DNA of 63,976 nt, the filler included, from Octopus bimaculoides (lineage: Eukaryota): assembly GCF_001194135.2 (NCBI RefSeq). It is 8 parts of 8 records of this genome, joined end to end, with 100 filler letters (N's around TTAATTAATTAA, not from the genome) between each part and the next. Parts side by side here need not be neighbours in the genome. Positions count along the whole stretch, not along the records: positions 1 to 18,176 come from NC_068992.1; 7 more parts are not named here. One strand, given 5' to 3'. A program made the position numbers and the translations under genes. The notes below the pieces were generated by a model that did not search any database, had not been told where the DNA came from, and saw only the letters and a program-made list of their open reading frames with translations. Below are positions 1 through 13,498 of this stretch, in pieces. Positions within the stretch are counted from its first letter, which is position 1. Each line of letters opens with the position of its first letter.

Positions 1-11
1 ATATATATATA

Positions 12-408
12 GGCGCAGGAATGAGTATGTATTAAGAAGCTGGTTTCCCAACCATATGGCTTCGGGTTCAGTCTCGATGCGTGGCATATTGGGAAAGTAC
101 TTTTTTGTAGTTTTGGGCCGACCCAAACCTTGTGGGTGGATTTAGTAGACGGAAGCTGAAAGAAGCCTGTCGCATATATCCATACATATATTTATTTGTG
201 TGTGTCTGCGTTTGGTCCCACCTCCGCCGCTTGGCAACCGGTGTTGGTGTATTTATGTCTCCGAAACTTAGCAGCTCGGTAAAAGATTTCGATAGAATAA
301 GTTCCACTCTTAAAGCAAAATAAGTAACGGGGGCGATACATTCGACTACGAATTCTTCACTCGGTGCCCCATCATAGCCGCAGTCTAATGATTGAAACAC
401 GTAAAAGA
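12..408 (+). mobile_element. tRNA-derived SINE, family A (CORE-like), full-length diverged copy
   Basis: Aligns by eye to 27295-27704 and 49638-50036: tRNA-like head, GCGTGGCATATTGGGAAAGT core, ...GACGGAAGCTGAAAGAAGCC, and a GGTGCCCC...TGAAACACGTAAAAGA tail. Confidence 0.85.
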
Positions 409-1053
409 TGCATTATTATAAATACACATTTATTTATGTTATGTATACATACACACATACATATATATATGTATATATGTATATATATATATATATATGT
501 AGGGAAGAGAATTTGAAAATGCAGACGTCTTTTAAAGATGTTTATTGACTTGAACGGCTTCACTTTTTTTTAAAAAAATGATTTTCAAGGTAACATGTAA
601 GACTTTGTGTAGCCTTTGTGTTAAAAAATGGTTATCATAGATGTTTTAAAATACAGACTTTGACAATTATAAGAAAATGTTAAGAAATAGAATCTTTGAC
701 AATGATAAGAAAATAGTAAGAGGGGCTTTTTGTTTAAACAGTTTACATAAAAGTGTTCAAAAAAAAAGGTTCTAAAATAAATTTATAATTAATNNNNNNN
801 NNNNNNNNNNNNNNNNNNNNNNNNNNNNNNNNNNNNNNNNNNNNNNNNNNNNNNNNNNNNNNNNNNNNNNNNNNNNNNNNNNNNNNNNNNNNNNNNNNNN
901 NNNNNNNNNNNNNNNNNNNNNNNNNNNNNNNNNNNNNNNNNNNNNNNNNNNNNNNNNNNNNNNNNNNNNNNNNNNNNNNNNNNNNNNNNNATATATATAT
1001 ATATATATAAACAACTTAACCCAGATGTCTTGTAGGAACAGTGAATATTACCA

Positions 1054-1260
1054 TTTTCTTTTCTACTCTACGCACAAGGCCCGAAGTTTTGGTGGAGGGG
1101 TCCAGTCGATTAGATCGACCTCAGTACGCAGCTGGTACTTAATTTATCGACCCTGAATGGATGAAAGGCAAAGTCGACCTCGATGGAATTTGAACTCAGA
1201 ACGTAAAGACAGGTGAAATGCCGTTCAGTATTTCGGCCGGCCTGCTATCGTTTTGCCTTA
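1054..1260 (-). mobile_element. tRNA-derived SINE, family B (tail type 2)
   Basis: Reverse complement of the family B core GAGTTCAAATTCC...GTCGACTTTGCCTTTCATCC...GGGTCGATAAATTAAGTACCAG, with a tail matching 18876-18925. Confidence 0.85.
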
Positions 1261-1396
1261 TTTACTCTTCAGAGATCCTTTAGTAACGCATTATTCGAGG
1301 CTAATAACCGCAGTATTGGTGTTGTAACAGAACATCCATGTTTAGGTGGATTTAAAGTTCATATTTTGGTATTGACACTGCTTCTGCTACTTTTAA

Positions 1397-1431
<35 letters not shown>

Positions 1432-1444
1432 TGTGTATATATAG

Positions 1445-1489
<45 letters not shown>

Positions 1490-1686
1490 CATATATATAT
1501 ATACACATACACTCGCACACACACACACATATATATACATATGTATACTCACACACTCTAAAATAACTACCAGTTTTCCTTAGAAGAATTACAAGATGAA
1601 TGGACTCAAAAAGAAGATTTATTACAGTTGGTGGCGCACGACTAGAATTTTTAGATGCGACAAAAAAATCAGACGTACGAACATAT

Positions 1687-1719
<33 letters not shown>

Positions 1720-2646
1720 NNNNNNNNNNNNNNNNNNNNNNNNNNNNNNNNNNNNNNNNNNNNNNNNNNNNNNNNNNNNNNNNNNNNNNNNNNNNNNNNN
1801 NNNNNNNNNNNNNNNNNNNNNNNNNNNNNNNNNNNNNNNNNNNNNNNNNNNNNNNNNNNNNNNNNNNNNNNNNNNNNNNNNNNNNNNNNNNNNNNNNNNN
1901 NNNNNNNNNNNNNNNNNNNNNNNNNNNNNNNNNNNNNNNNNNNNNNNNNNNNNNNNNNNNNNNNNNNNNNNNNNNNNNNNNNNNNNNNNNNNNNNNNNNN
2001 NNNNNNNNNNNNNNNNNNNNNNNNNNNNNNNNNNNNNNNNNNNNNNNNNNNNNNNNNNNNNNNNNNNNNNNNNNNNNNNNNNNNNNNNNNNNNNNNNNNN
2101 NNNNNNNNNNNNNNNNNNNNNNNNNNNNNNNNNNNNNNNNNNNNNNNNNNNNNNNNNNNNNNNNNNNNNNNNNNNNNNNNNNNNNNNNNNNNNNNNNNNN
2201 NNNNNNNNNNNNNNAATGTGTTTTTCTTCACCGGAGAGCTCCCATTAGGTTCCTTCAGTTCAGTATTCAGTATTATTGTGTTATTAAACACTGTTATAGG
2301 CATTGTGCCCATAGTAATAGAAAAGAGTTAGTTTATCCTGTCTTGTATTCTTATCAATACAGACGGGGCTTCCTCGGGTTTCTCTCTCTCTCACACATTT
2401 CTACTTTTCTTGTCAATTTTCTCAATTATTGCTTTCTGTCTTTATTTTTTTCTTACTACTTTCGTCTGATTGTCTGTAACACACACACACGCGCTGGCGC
2501 GCGAAAGAGAGAGAGAGAGAGAGAGATACCTTTTTTCTCGCGTCTTCGTTCTACAGGGTTGATAGTTTTTGATTTGTTGGTTCCTTCACATATCTATACC
2601 AAAGTATATCATATTACATCCATTTGCATTGTTTCGATCAAATAAC

Positions 2647-2648
<2 letters not shown>

Positions 2649-2713
<65 letters not shown>

Positions 2714-2722
2714 CAGTAGTAG
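2649..2722. repeat. (TAG)n microsatellite; similar arrays at 11500-11573, 31050-31085 and 59625-59660
   Basis: Direct reading of the sequence. Confidence 0.95.
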
Positions 2723-2919
2723 TAATGACAGTAGTCATAAACACATTGTAATGAATATATATATATATATACATACATACGTACGTACATATATATGACT
2801 TGCATACATAAGTGGAACTTTACGCACATAAATTCACACATAAGTGTACATATACAGACGTTTTATATATATATATATATATATACAAATGCACATAAAC
2901 TGACGTGTTCATATGTATG

Positions 2920-3061
<142 letters not shown>

Positions 3062-4616
3062 CATATATACATACGTATATATACATATATATACATATAT
3101 ACATTCCCGTACCAACATGCATACGCACGTGTATATGTGCATGCGTGTCAATGGGTGAAACTTGATTTCGCAGTCCTCTCCACAAGAAATTTGACCCTCG
3201 TTGCAGTAAAGAATCGCACCAACAGTGACTGCTTTGTTATTCTTAAAGGCACTTTAAAGTGCTGACGTTATTTCAACATTCAGTTTATCTTTTGCTGTTC
3301 TGTAAATGGTGGAAACTCCTGTCGTAAACGACAGATGAGGTTTCCGCTGCTTCTTGCTGAACAACCAGCGCTGATGATTTGTTTATAAGGATCAAATTTT
3401 GGTGTTGTACATTAGATTAGTTCTTCTATCAAGTCGGCTTTACTTGCACAGAACCACATGAAATGGAAGTGCTTTGTTCAAGATCACAGCGCACTGCCCG
3501 GTTCACGAAGCGAAAGCACAGTCTGCCGATCGTGTGTACAACATTCTAACCACTAGGTCACGCACCTCGCTGTGTGTGTGTGTGTGCGTGTGTGTGCATA
3601 TTTATATATGTACGTATATGCGTGGGCGTATGTGCTTGTGTGTTTTCTTTTTCCGTGGGTGGTGCGTCTGATATTACCAAGGTTAATTTCTTAGAGGCGT
3701 CATCCGCATGAAAAACAATAGCTAAGTTAGAAACACTTTAACCATTATGGACTAAGATCGTATCTTGAAGGTGATTTCTATTTCAGCCACTTAAGATAAG
3801 CACAAATCTCAAATGAATTCAGGCCACACAAATGGCTATTCCTGCTTAATGACAATATTTAAAAGTTCTACTGCAAGGGTGTAAATAATTTCTGTTGAGG
3901 ACTTCTTAAAATGTGTTGAACTACCGCTGGGAGTGAGGATGGCGGTGGAAAATTTATTCTTTCATTCGGCGAAGGGTCAACAATTTTAGGAGGAGGGGTT
4001 TAGTCGATGGTTAGTTGATTACACCGACTAAATCTGAGATCAGCTTCGCCTGTCATTCCTTGGAAGAGATGATAACAACTAATAACCTCTCAACATATTC
4101 GTTACAATATTTTCTGTTCTATGAACAGTTATGCACTATATAATAAAATGTATATTAGATAAAATATATACATTGCATATAATGTATCGTTCATAAGAGC
4201 ATGTCTATAAGAGACTGTATGTAAAAAAAAAGGTGTGCCTTATATAATTTATGACTTCGTTCTAAAGATAGAGAAAAAGAAACTCATTTATTATCTGTTT
4301 TCTTGTGTGAGCTTCTCTCTTGCAATGGCAAGATTGGGATTCGAGTAATGTCGGCAGAAACGACGAAAACAAACTGGAAACACATACACACATACTTATA
4401 ATCATACACATAACCACACGCACACATACAAATGCGCATGTATGACTACACATGTATACGTACAGATACATACACATATACCTACATATAACTACGGACA
4501 TGCGTACAAACACACATACACATGCTCACTCACCCACACATACGATTTGTGTATGTGTGTTTACATATATGTATACGAACACAGACAAATCTTTAAATGT
4601 GGAGGTATGGATGCAT

Positions 4617-4673
<57 letters not shown>

Positions 4674-5713
4674 NNNNNNNNNNNNNNNNNNNNNNNNNNN
4701 NNNNNNNNNNNNNNNNNNNNNNNNNNNNNNNNNNNNNNNNNNNNNNNNNNNNNNNNNNNNNNNNNNNNNNNNNNNNNNNNNNNNNNNNNNNNNNNNNNNN
4801 NNNNNNNNNNNNNNNNNNNNNNNNNNNNNNNNNNNNNNNNNNNNNNNNNNNNNNNNNNNNNNNNNNNNNNNNNNNNNNNNNNNNNNNNNNNNNNNNNNNN
4901 NNNNNNNNNNNNNNNNNNNNNNNNNNNNNNNNNNNNNNNNNNNNNNNNNNNNNNNNNNNNNNNNNNNNNNNNNNNNNNNNNNNNNNNNNNNNNNNNNNNN
5001 NNNNNNNNNNNNNNNNNNNNNNNNNNNNNNNNNNNNNNNNNNNNNNNNNNNNNNNNNNNNNNNNNNNNNNNNNNNNNNNNNNNNNNNNNNNNNNNNNNNN
5101 NNNNNNNNNNNNNNNNNNNNNNNNNNNNNNNNNNNNNNNNNNNNNNNNNNNNNNNNNNNNNNNNNNNNNNNNNNNNNNNNNNNNNNNNNNNNNNNNNNNN
5201 NNNNNNNNNNNNNNNNNNNNNNNNNNNNNNNNNNNNNNNNNNNNNNNNNNNNNNNNNNNNNNNNNNNNNNNNNNNNNNNNNNNNNNNNNNNNNNNNNNNN
5301 NNNNNNNNNNNNNNNNNNNNNNNNNNNNNNNNNNNNNNNNNNNNNNNNNNNNNNNNNNNNNNNNNNNNNNNNNNNNNNNNNNNNNNNNNNNNNNNNNNNN
5401 NNNNNNNNNNNNNNNNNNNNNNNNNNNNNNNNNNNNNNNNNNNNNNNNNNNNNNNNNNNNNNNNNNNNNNNNNNNNNNNNNNNNNNNNNNNNNNNNNNNN
5501 NNNNNNNNNNNNNNNNNCCAACCCTCCTTTCCAACAAATAAACAAAATGAAAACATATTTTAATTCTCTGCAACTTCACTATGTCAAATTAATGCCATTA
5601 TTTACTTTTTAGCGAAACGTTTTCAGCATAAATAGTCTAAGAATTTGATCTATGTTTCTCTTGATAGATTCCATTAAGCAGTTTGTTAAATGCTTCAATT
5701 TGGTCAATCTTAA

Positions 5714-5742
5714 TCTATATATATAAAAGTAAGGATGTGTGT

Positions 5743-5773
<31 letters not shown>

Positions 5774-5960
5774 CGTTTATATGTGTGCATCACAAAAACT
5801 CGAGAACTACCCAATCGATTTCATTCAAGTTTTGCGCATGTATCACTTAGGGTCTATGGAGTGTCATGGGCCAAACAAATGTCTAACCCCTTGTCTAATG
5901 CGAGCCCGGAGCAATATCTTAGACTGTTTCGGTATCACGTGTCAAAAGTGAAGCAATAAC
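5714..5960 (+). mobile_element. Non-autonomous Helitron (Lep1-like), 5' part
   Basis: A|TCTATATATATAAAAG start, then a (GT)n tract, then ...CCAATCGATTTCATTCAAGTTTTGCGCA, the same layout as the 5' end of 8653-9248. No 3' CTAG end found. Confidence 0.55.
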
Positions 5961-6049
5961 ATCTCTATTGTAATGTGATATAATAGTTTCATTTTTATAC
6001 AGTTTCACTTTTAATTCTTTTTAAATCAATGTATTTTTCGAAAGAGTAT

Positions 6050-6370
6050 GATAGCGAATGCAAACATTCGAAATGAGGTTCTTCCGAAGGATTTCTAGAG
6101 TGACATTATTTAATAGAGTGAATAGCTCAGAGAACGGAATTTCTCTGTGCTGAGACACTATTTCTCTGCATTGAGAGATAACATAACATATCCAGTACCA
6201 CAGACATGTTAAAATGCTGCAGGAAAGAATCGCAAGACGATAGGAGACCTAGGGTTAGACCAAGAAACAGATGGTTGAATAACCTCCATTATTTCAGTTC
6301 GTCATGGCTGGGCATCTACCCAGTAAACGTAATGATGGTTTCTCAGAAGATAGTATGGCGGAAGTGACTG
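6050..6370 (+). pseudogene. RTE-clade LINE ORF2 C-terminal remnant
   Basis: Broken frames give EMRFFRRISRVTLFNRVNS and ...RPRNRWLNNL, resembling RTE EMRFLRRI.GVT..DRV.N and GRPR.RW.D.I motifs. Confidence 0.55.
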
Positions 6371-6453
6371 AGAATTTTAGTCCTATACTTCTCCCATTAG
6401 TTTTGAGTGAAGAAAGTAGTTGGATTAATGGATATATTTTCTTTAATGTAAGT

Positions 6454-6681
6454 GCGGTGAGCTGGCAGAATCGTCAGCAGGCCGGGCGAAATGCTGATCG
6501 GTATTTCGTCTGTCGTTACGTTCAGAGTTCAAACTCAGCCGAAGTCAACTTTGCCTTTTATCCTTTCGGGTCGATTAAATAAGTACCAATTATGCACTGG
6601 GGTCGATGTAATCGACTTAATCCGTTCGTCTGTCCTTGTTTGTTCCCTCTATGTTTAGCCCTATGTGAACAGTAAAGAAAT
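6454..6681 (+). mobile_element. tRNA-derived SINE, family B (tail type 1), full-length
   Basis: GCGGTGAGCTGGCAGAATCG head, GAGTTCAAAC B-box, family core, and a ...TTTAGCCCCTATGTGAACAGTAAAGAAAT tail. Confidence 0.88.
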
Positions 6682-8439
6682 GCATATTTTCTTTAATCAT
6701 TGAGTAAACCAGTATCTATCTTGACTTCCACCAATTATTATAATATTAGTTTATATTAGACGACATTATATCCCCAATCTTTGAAGTATTGCTATATTTA
6801 AAAAACTAAATGTAATTCATAAGTAACTTCTGCCAATTTTTTTTTATGAGGGTTACTCAAAGTTTAATCTGATATATTTCATAATCTGTGATCTTCTGCA
6901 TAATGTGTAATCTTCTGTGCAATGTTTGATCGACTACCTAAGCAGTTGAACAATTCCATCAAAGATGTTTGGTTGTAGATATACTGTAACACCAAGAGGA
7001 TAGCGTGAACATTACCTGAAGAAACTCAAAGGTATTTCATTTTGTGCAACAATTTATCAACATTATTAGCCTCGTTTTCAAATACAAAACAAGCACACAC
7101 ACATGCACACACACACACACACNNNNNNNNNNNNNNNNNNNNNNNNNNNNNNNNNNNNNNNNNNNNNNNNNNNNNNNNNNNNNNNNNNNNNNNNNNNNNN
7201 NNNNNNNNNNNNNNNNNNNNNNNNNNNNNNNNNNNNNNNNNNNNNNNNNNNNNNNNNNNNNNNNNNNNNNNNNNNNNNNNNNNNNNNNNNNNNNNNNNNN
7301 NNNNNNNNNNNNNNNNNNNNNNNNNNNNNNNNNNNNNNNNNNNNNNNNNNNNNNNNNNNNNNNNNNNNNNNNNNNNNNNNNNNNNNNNNNNNNNNNNNNN
7401 NNNNNNNNNNNNNNNNNNNNNNNNNNNNNNNNNNNNNNNNNNNNNNNNNNNNNNNNNNNNNNNNNNNNNNNNNNNNNNNNNNNNNNNNNNNNNNNNNNNN
7501 NNNNNNNNNNNNNNNNNNNNNNNNNNNNNNNNNNNNNNNNNNNNNNNNNNNNNNNNNNNNNNNNNNNNNNNNNNNNNNNNNNNNNNNNNNNNNNNNNNNN
7601 NNNNNNNNNNNNNNNNNNNNNNNNNNNNNNNNNNNNNNNNNNNNNNNNNNNNNNNNNNNNNNNNNNNNNNNNNNNNNNNNTATATATGCATCTACGTATA
7701 TAAAGAAAAACAGTTTTTACACGAGAATAGAGAACAAATTTAGTTGAAAAAGCTTCAATGTATGCACTGATAAATTAGACACAACATTTACTAATTGTCA
7801 AAATTACTTCTACGACAGATGGTCCACATCTGTATTTCGTTTCATTTCGTGTTGAATTGACAGGTTTTCACCGACTTCGTCAGGGTCCTCAGTTGTCAGA
7901 GATACACACATGTGCAGCTAAAAGGGTGGGGGTACGTTAAATTTCTCTCTCACTGTATATATATGTGTGTGTGAGTGTATATATGTATGTATCTACATGT
8001 CTGTCCGTCTCTCTATATATATGTATGGCAGTGTGTATATGCATGTATATATGTATATGCATCTATGTAGTTAATGATAAAGGAAAATACAGATACAAAA
8101 GTTGCAGAGATGGTTATGGAAACCACCCAAGAGGTTGACGATCGAATTTGGCGTCTTCAGACTGCGACTGAATATATCAAATGAGTAACGAATGAAGTAT
8201 ACACGTGAAATATTGGAAAAGTGTTATCATTTCGGAAAGGAGCGCGATTATTGTCTGGAGAGGAGAGAACAATCATGGACACGTTTTTCTGTCTCAACAA
8301 ACACCATAAGCACAATAATTACCCTATCTCCAGCAGCCAGTACACACACACAGACTCACACGCACACAAACACTCCCACGCACACCCACCCACATACCAC
8401 ATACACGCATTGCTATTATGTGTTCCGAGTCAGAGCCGT

Positions 8440-8510
8440 TCTGAGTTCATATCCCACCAAGGTCAAACTTGCCTTCCGTCCTTGCGGGTTCGAAGATAAA
8501 ATAAAGTAAC
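8440..8510 (+). mobile_element. Family B SINE fragment
   Basis: GTTCTGAGTTCATATCCCACCAAGGTCAAACTTGCCTTCCGTCC matches the family B core. Confidence 0.6.
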
Positions 8511-8652
8511 AAATAAAGCCCCTCAAATTTACTTAAATTAGGTATCCTTATTTCAGATAAGTGTTTCAGATTTTGAAACGTTTCTATATTTTAGATTTGG
8601 TCTACTGAATCATTGAGTTGGAATAAAATTCTCTCTTGATATTTATGGTAAA

Positions 8653-9248
8653 CTAGCTGTTGGACCCGGCGTTGCTCGTGTTTTCCGTGTTGAAGTTAAG
8701 CCCACCTCTGATCGTTGAAATTTTACATGTCCATTGGTTGATGTCAGGTCTGGAATTAAATTAAAACCTTTACCGTCTCCCCTACCACAAAATTTACCGA
8801 AATCTCAAATTTCATTAACATCGGATGTAAAATATAAAAGTTACGGTCAAAAATAAAGTCCCTATGGGTATTTGCACACAAAATACCTGTTAATTTTATA
8901 AAACCACTACTCAGGCGCAATTATCGATTTGTTCTCAACGCCAAATACTGACATCAACTCATTGCCGTGATCCTCAAAATCATCAAAATCTGTCAAATAA
9001 TTCAAATGCTGCTGGAAAAATAACATCGTTATGGGAATTTCCATTCAAACGCCCGATTGAGCTCACAAATATCGATGCCAACTGAGCATAATCGAATTTT
9101 CGAAAATTTCTGGCCTTAATTGAACTTCAGGGCATGTGATCTAACTATGTGCCAAAAATCATTAAAATCGGTCGGACGGTGTGGGAGGAGTTAGGGTAAC
9201 CCCAAACACACACACAGACAGATACCATTACACATTTATGTATATAGA
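8653..9248 (-). mobile_element. Non-autonomous Helitron, apparently complete
   Basis: On the minus strand it starts TCTATATACATAAAT and ends ...CGAGCAACGCCGGGTCCAACAGCTAG (imperfect GC hairpin plus CTAG). It sits between A (9249) and T (8652), the canonical Helitron target, with no TSD. Confidence 0.8.
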
Positions 9249-9918
9249 TGTTATTCCTCTAATATTATGAAAATGTATTCTGGTAAAGATTGGAGCATCG
9301 CATTTTCTAAAAAATTAGTGAGTCTTTCGGTTTTTTCCCCGTTGTAGGAATACTTTAAAGCGCTTGTGTAGTCGATTCAATAGTCTTGCTTTGCTTTTGC
9401 ATGATGAAATGCGGCATTTTAGGAGTATAGTAAATAAAGAGAATATTAAAAACACCATGAAGATATCTCTTCATGTTTATTCATACTGCGTGAATACTCT
9501 GTGTGGGGGAATTAGGCGCCTTTAAGGTGATGGTTACTTGTGAACGCTAAAACGGGAGGCGTATGTGAATTGAAGTGATTGAAACGAGGATTGAAATGGC
9601 TTATTTGGAATTTACCACTAAAAACCATTGGCTAAAAATCCAGTCGTGTCCACCCTATTTGATATTAGGGAGCTTAGGTATTTGGAACTACCGAGTACCC
9701 AGAAATCAATCAAAGATTCTCTTACAACCATAGAGTATATTTCGTTGTTTGGTTGTCTGTTTAATGGAAAATTCTTTCGTTGTCGCACGTATTGTTGTTA
9801 GTCTTATTAAGTACTTTCAGGTCAGCCTTGATCAAAGGCGTCCTAGTTGTGACCATCCTGTCTTTTATTGAGATATATTGATTCTAGTGCTGTATGTCTA
9901 ATATTTTCTTCAATATTT

Positions 9919-10080
9919 ATTTCTTTATTGCCCGCAGGGCGCTAAACATCGAGGGGACAAACAAGGACAGACAAGGGGATTAAGTAGATTACACCGACGC
10001 CAGTGATTAACTGGTACTTATTTAATCGACCCCGAAAGGATGAAAGGCAAAGTCGACCTCGGCGGAATTTGAACTCAGAA
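9919..10080 (-). mobile_element. Family B SINE, 5'-truncated (tail type 1)
   Basis: Reverse complement of the core plus tail; matches 39470-39643. Confidence 0.88.
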
Positions 10081-11229
10081 AGCTGGTTCACTGTGCTGCA
10101 TGAGAGACTTGACAGTTATTTCTTGTGCAACCATGTTCATGCTTCCCAGTTATTTCAAAAACAATCCTCTAGAAAACCCTATGAAAATTTAGTGGTGGCT
10201 ATGGTGGTGGTGTTGTGGCATTGCTGGTGGTGTGGTATCGGTAGTGGTGGTGGTGGTAGTAGAGATATCAGAATGGTAGGGGATGTGATGTAGGTGGTGG
10301 TTTGATGGTGGTGGTGGTGCTGGTAGGGATGGTGATGTGGTGATTATCGTAGTGGTGATAATGGTGGCGGCGGTGTTTGTAATGTTGATAGTTGTGATAG
10401 TGATACTTAAAAATAATTTCGATAATGGTAGCTACATCACAGCAGCTAGGTGGCGCTCTGTTACATTAGCACAACTGCCAGTCATCACTCACTCTCCGCA
10501 TGTCTTTCTAGGAATAATTAAGAACGTCTATCTGCGGGTACATATGTTGTCATAAGTGAACTACATCACCCGCCATTCTCTCACCAAAAACAACAACAAC
10601 AACAAGAACTAATGCAAAAATAACTATGATAGTAGCAACAACAACAATAACAGCAGGACTTTTGCGATAAAACTGTCGTAAGTGATAGCATGCGATTAGG
10701 TGAGGATACACTATCGCTTGGCATGGTGATATAACGCCATCAGGATGACAGTTCGAAGAAAAACTAAAACACGCATATATACACATACATACATACATAC
10801 ATACATACATACATACATACATACATACATGCACGTACATATATTTGTACGTATACGTATATATATTTATGTATGTATGTGTATATGTATATANNNNNNN
10901 NNNNNNNNNNNNNNNNNNNNNNNNNNNNNNNNNNNNNNNNNNNNNNNNNNNNNNNNNNNNNNNNNNNNNNNNNNNNNNNNNNNNNNNNNNNNNNNNNNNN
11001 NNNNNNNNNNNNNNNNNNNNNNNNNNNNNNNNNNNNNNNNNNNNNNNNNNNNNNNNNNNNNNNNNNNNNNNNNNNNNNNNNNNNNNNNNNNNNNNNNNNN
11101 NNNNNNNNNNNNNNNNNNNNNNNNNNNNNNNNNNNNNNNNNNNNNTATATATATATATATATATATATATATGCATACATATATATATATGTGTACACGC
11201 ACACAGACACAGACACACACACACAGACG

Positions 11230-11264
<35 letters not shown>

Positions 11265-11498
11265 GTGTGTGTATGCGTTTGCATCAGACATAGAATGAGT
11301 ATAGATATATATATATACGCATAGATATGCGTGTATGTACGTACGAACGTATGCACGTGTATATGCATACATATGTCAGTATAGAGAAGAAAATATAGTG
11401 AATAAATAAATAACAAAAGGAAAAATGGATAGATGTATGTGTGTGCATGAGGTTGAATGTATGTGAGCGTGTGTGCGAGTGTGTTGTAAAAGCAATGA

Positions 11499-11573
<75 letters not shown>

Positions 11574-11754
11574 ATGGAAATGCAATAAGTGTCAATAAAC
11601 AATGGTGTAGGAGGTGAAATCTGTGTTAAGTTAAACAAAGTTAAACTTCCAATTAAGTCAGCCATATTGTTCCAGTTACTGTTCAATGGTAGAAAGATGA
11701 CACCATTATTAAATATCTTTCTAACTGTAAGTCTCCGCGCTATCTAACAATCAG

Positions 11755-11820
<66 letters not shown>
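11755..11820. repeat. (TCTA)n microsatellite; another at 17291-17386
   Basis: Direct reading of the sequence. Confidence 0.95.
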
Positions 11821-12280
11821 CGAGGAGAAGAACTGGGACGAGATAACGAGTAGAGTGGCCATTCTCACCCAACAATGGGCCGAGAGGAAGCTCTCTGTAA
11901 AAGGTCGGACTGAGGTGGCGAATGCGTACATTGCATCCGTTATCTACTACCGTCTGACCGTTGTGCCTTGTCCTGACTCTACCATCACGAAACTGGAATG
12001 CATACGCTACAGCTTTTTGTGGAAGGGAAGCGTTCCCTTGGTGAGGCGATCCATTTGCTGCTAACATCCGCTAAATGAAAAGCTGGGTATGCCGTAGTTG
12101 ATGATGCGCAGACATGCGCTAAGACTTCCACATCTATAGCGTTTCAGACACGACAGTGAACAGGTGTGGTCGCTGTTTGTGACACGTGCCTTCCTGCAGC
12201 TCGTCTCATTGACCGAACATGGATCGAGCACAGACCGAGGCTGGGAGAATGGCATCACGAGTGTCACCATGCCATCCAGC
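11821..12280 (+). pseudogene. L1/Tx1-clade LINE ORF2 fragment (post-RT region)
   Basis: QWAERKLSVKGRTEVANAYIASVIYYRLTVVPCP...SFLWKGSVPLVRRSICC*HPLNEKLGMP*L fits the L1/Tx1 pattern W..R.LS..GR...S...Y...P...FLW...V...P...GGLG.P. Contains in-frame stops. Confidence 0.75.
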
Positions 12281-12284
12281 AGCT

Positions 12285-12384
12285 CTGTCTGTATATCTGG
12301 GCGTGTCTGTCTGTATATCTGGGGGTGTCTGTCTGTATATCTGGGGGTGTCTGTCTGTATATCAGGTGGTGTCTGTCTGTATAT
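12285..12384. repeat. 22-bp minisatellite, about 4.5 copies (CTGTCTGTATATCTGGGGGTGT)
   Basis: Direct reading; it abuts the truncated LINE fragment. Confidence 0.9.
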
Positions 12385-13331
12385 GTGTGTATATTTGTTT
12401 AGCCTTCCAATTATTGCACTGTAAAGTCAGAAGAATCGAATCGATCTGCAACAATTCTGTCAATCCAGCTTTACTTATCGATTCAGATAATATAAAATGT
12501 AAGTTTGACTTTGTTAGGATTTGAACTGACAGTGCAGTATCAGAACTGGAAATGTGAAGCCTGTCTTTAAACTCTCTAATAATTCCTCCCTCCGATAAGT
12601 CAGATTATTTTCTATATTTATAAACCCGGAAAATATGATTTTCGTGTGATTCAAACTCATAGCATTGAGTACCGAAACAAGAATCTAATCAGACGTTCTG
12701 ACAGGTCATCCACTTCACTTTTGCTGAACTGGGTCCTTATTCATTAACGCCAAAAAGGATAAAAAGCAAAGATGACCTCAGAACGCTGAGTACCAAAACA
12801 GGAGCACGAGAAAAAGCTCGTCAGACGCTCAATAGCCCTACTGAGTAACTTCTCTTGAACTGGTCCCTTATCGAACCCTGGGGATAAAACATAAAGTTGG
12901 CCACGGTGCGAAATGAACTCGGAGAGGAGTAAGTAAAAACAAATTCCGTAAGGCATTGAATGCGATTCTCTAGCGACTCTGCCAAGTCAATGCCTTGAAG
13001 AATTTGTTCCGAAAAGTTGCGAAGAAAAAAGAAGTGAAAAGAAACGGAATCCTACTGGGAAACTAAGTTTTGGTAATTTTACCTTGGAATTATCGAAGCA
13101 TGATAAATTCCTTGTGGAATGGTTACAACATTCGAAGATGGAAGAAGATAAAGGTGGTACCTTCATCAAACACATTTACGCTTGATTAAACATGAGCTCA
13201 CACGCCTACAATGCTTACACACGCGCGCGCACACACACACAAACACACACACACACACACATGCTTAATGAGCAACAGATGTGAGAGAGCTTAGCAATAT
13301 TTTCATGCATCCTTACGTACACACACAAACG

Positions 13332-13371
<40 letters not shown>

Positions 13372-13455
13372 TGGACATATTTATAAAGAAAGCGACACAG
13401 TCGTAGAGACAGATATACACGTGCATATACATACATACATACATACATACATACG

Positions 13456-13498
<43 letters not shown>

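Noticed and set aside
2216-2312. Minus-strand MGTMPITVFNNTIILNTELKEPNGSSPVKKNT
   Set aside because: It looks protein-like but runs into a gap, with no recognisable domain or splice evidence.
3311-3345. Hairpin GGAAACTC-CTGTCGT-AA-ACGACAG-ATGAGGTTTCC
   Set aside because: A real inverted repeat, but no RNA family or element could be assigned; likely part of an unclassified repeat.
7840-7895. Minus-strand CTGACGA...GAAA...GTC
   Set aside because: Stems I, II and III do not pair.
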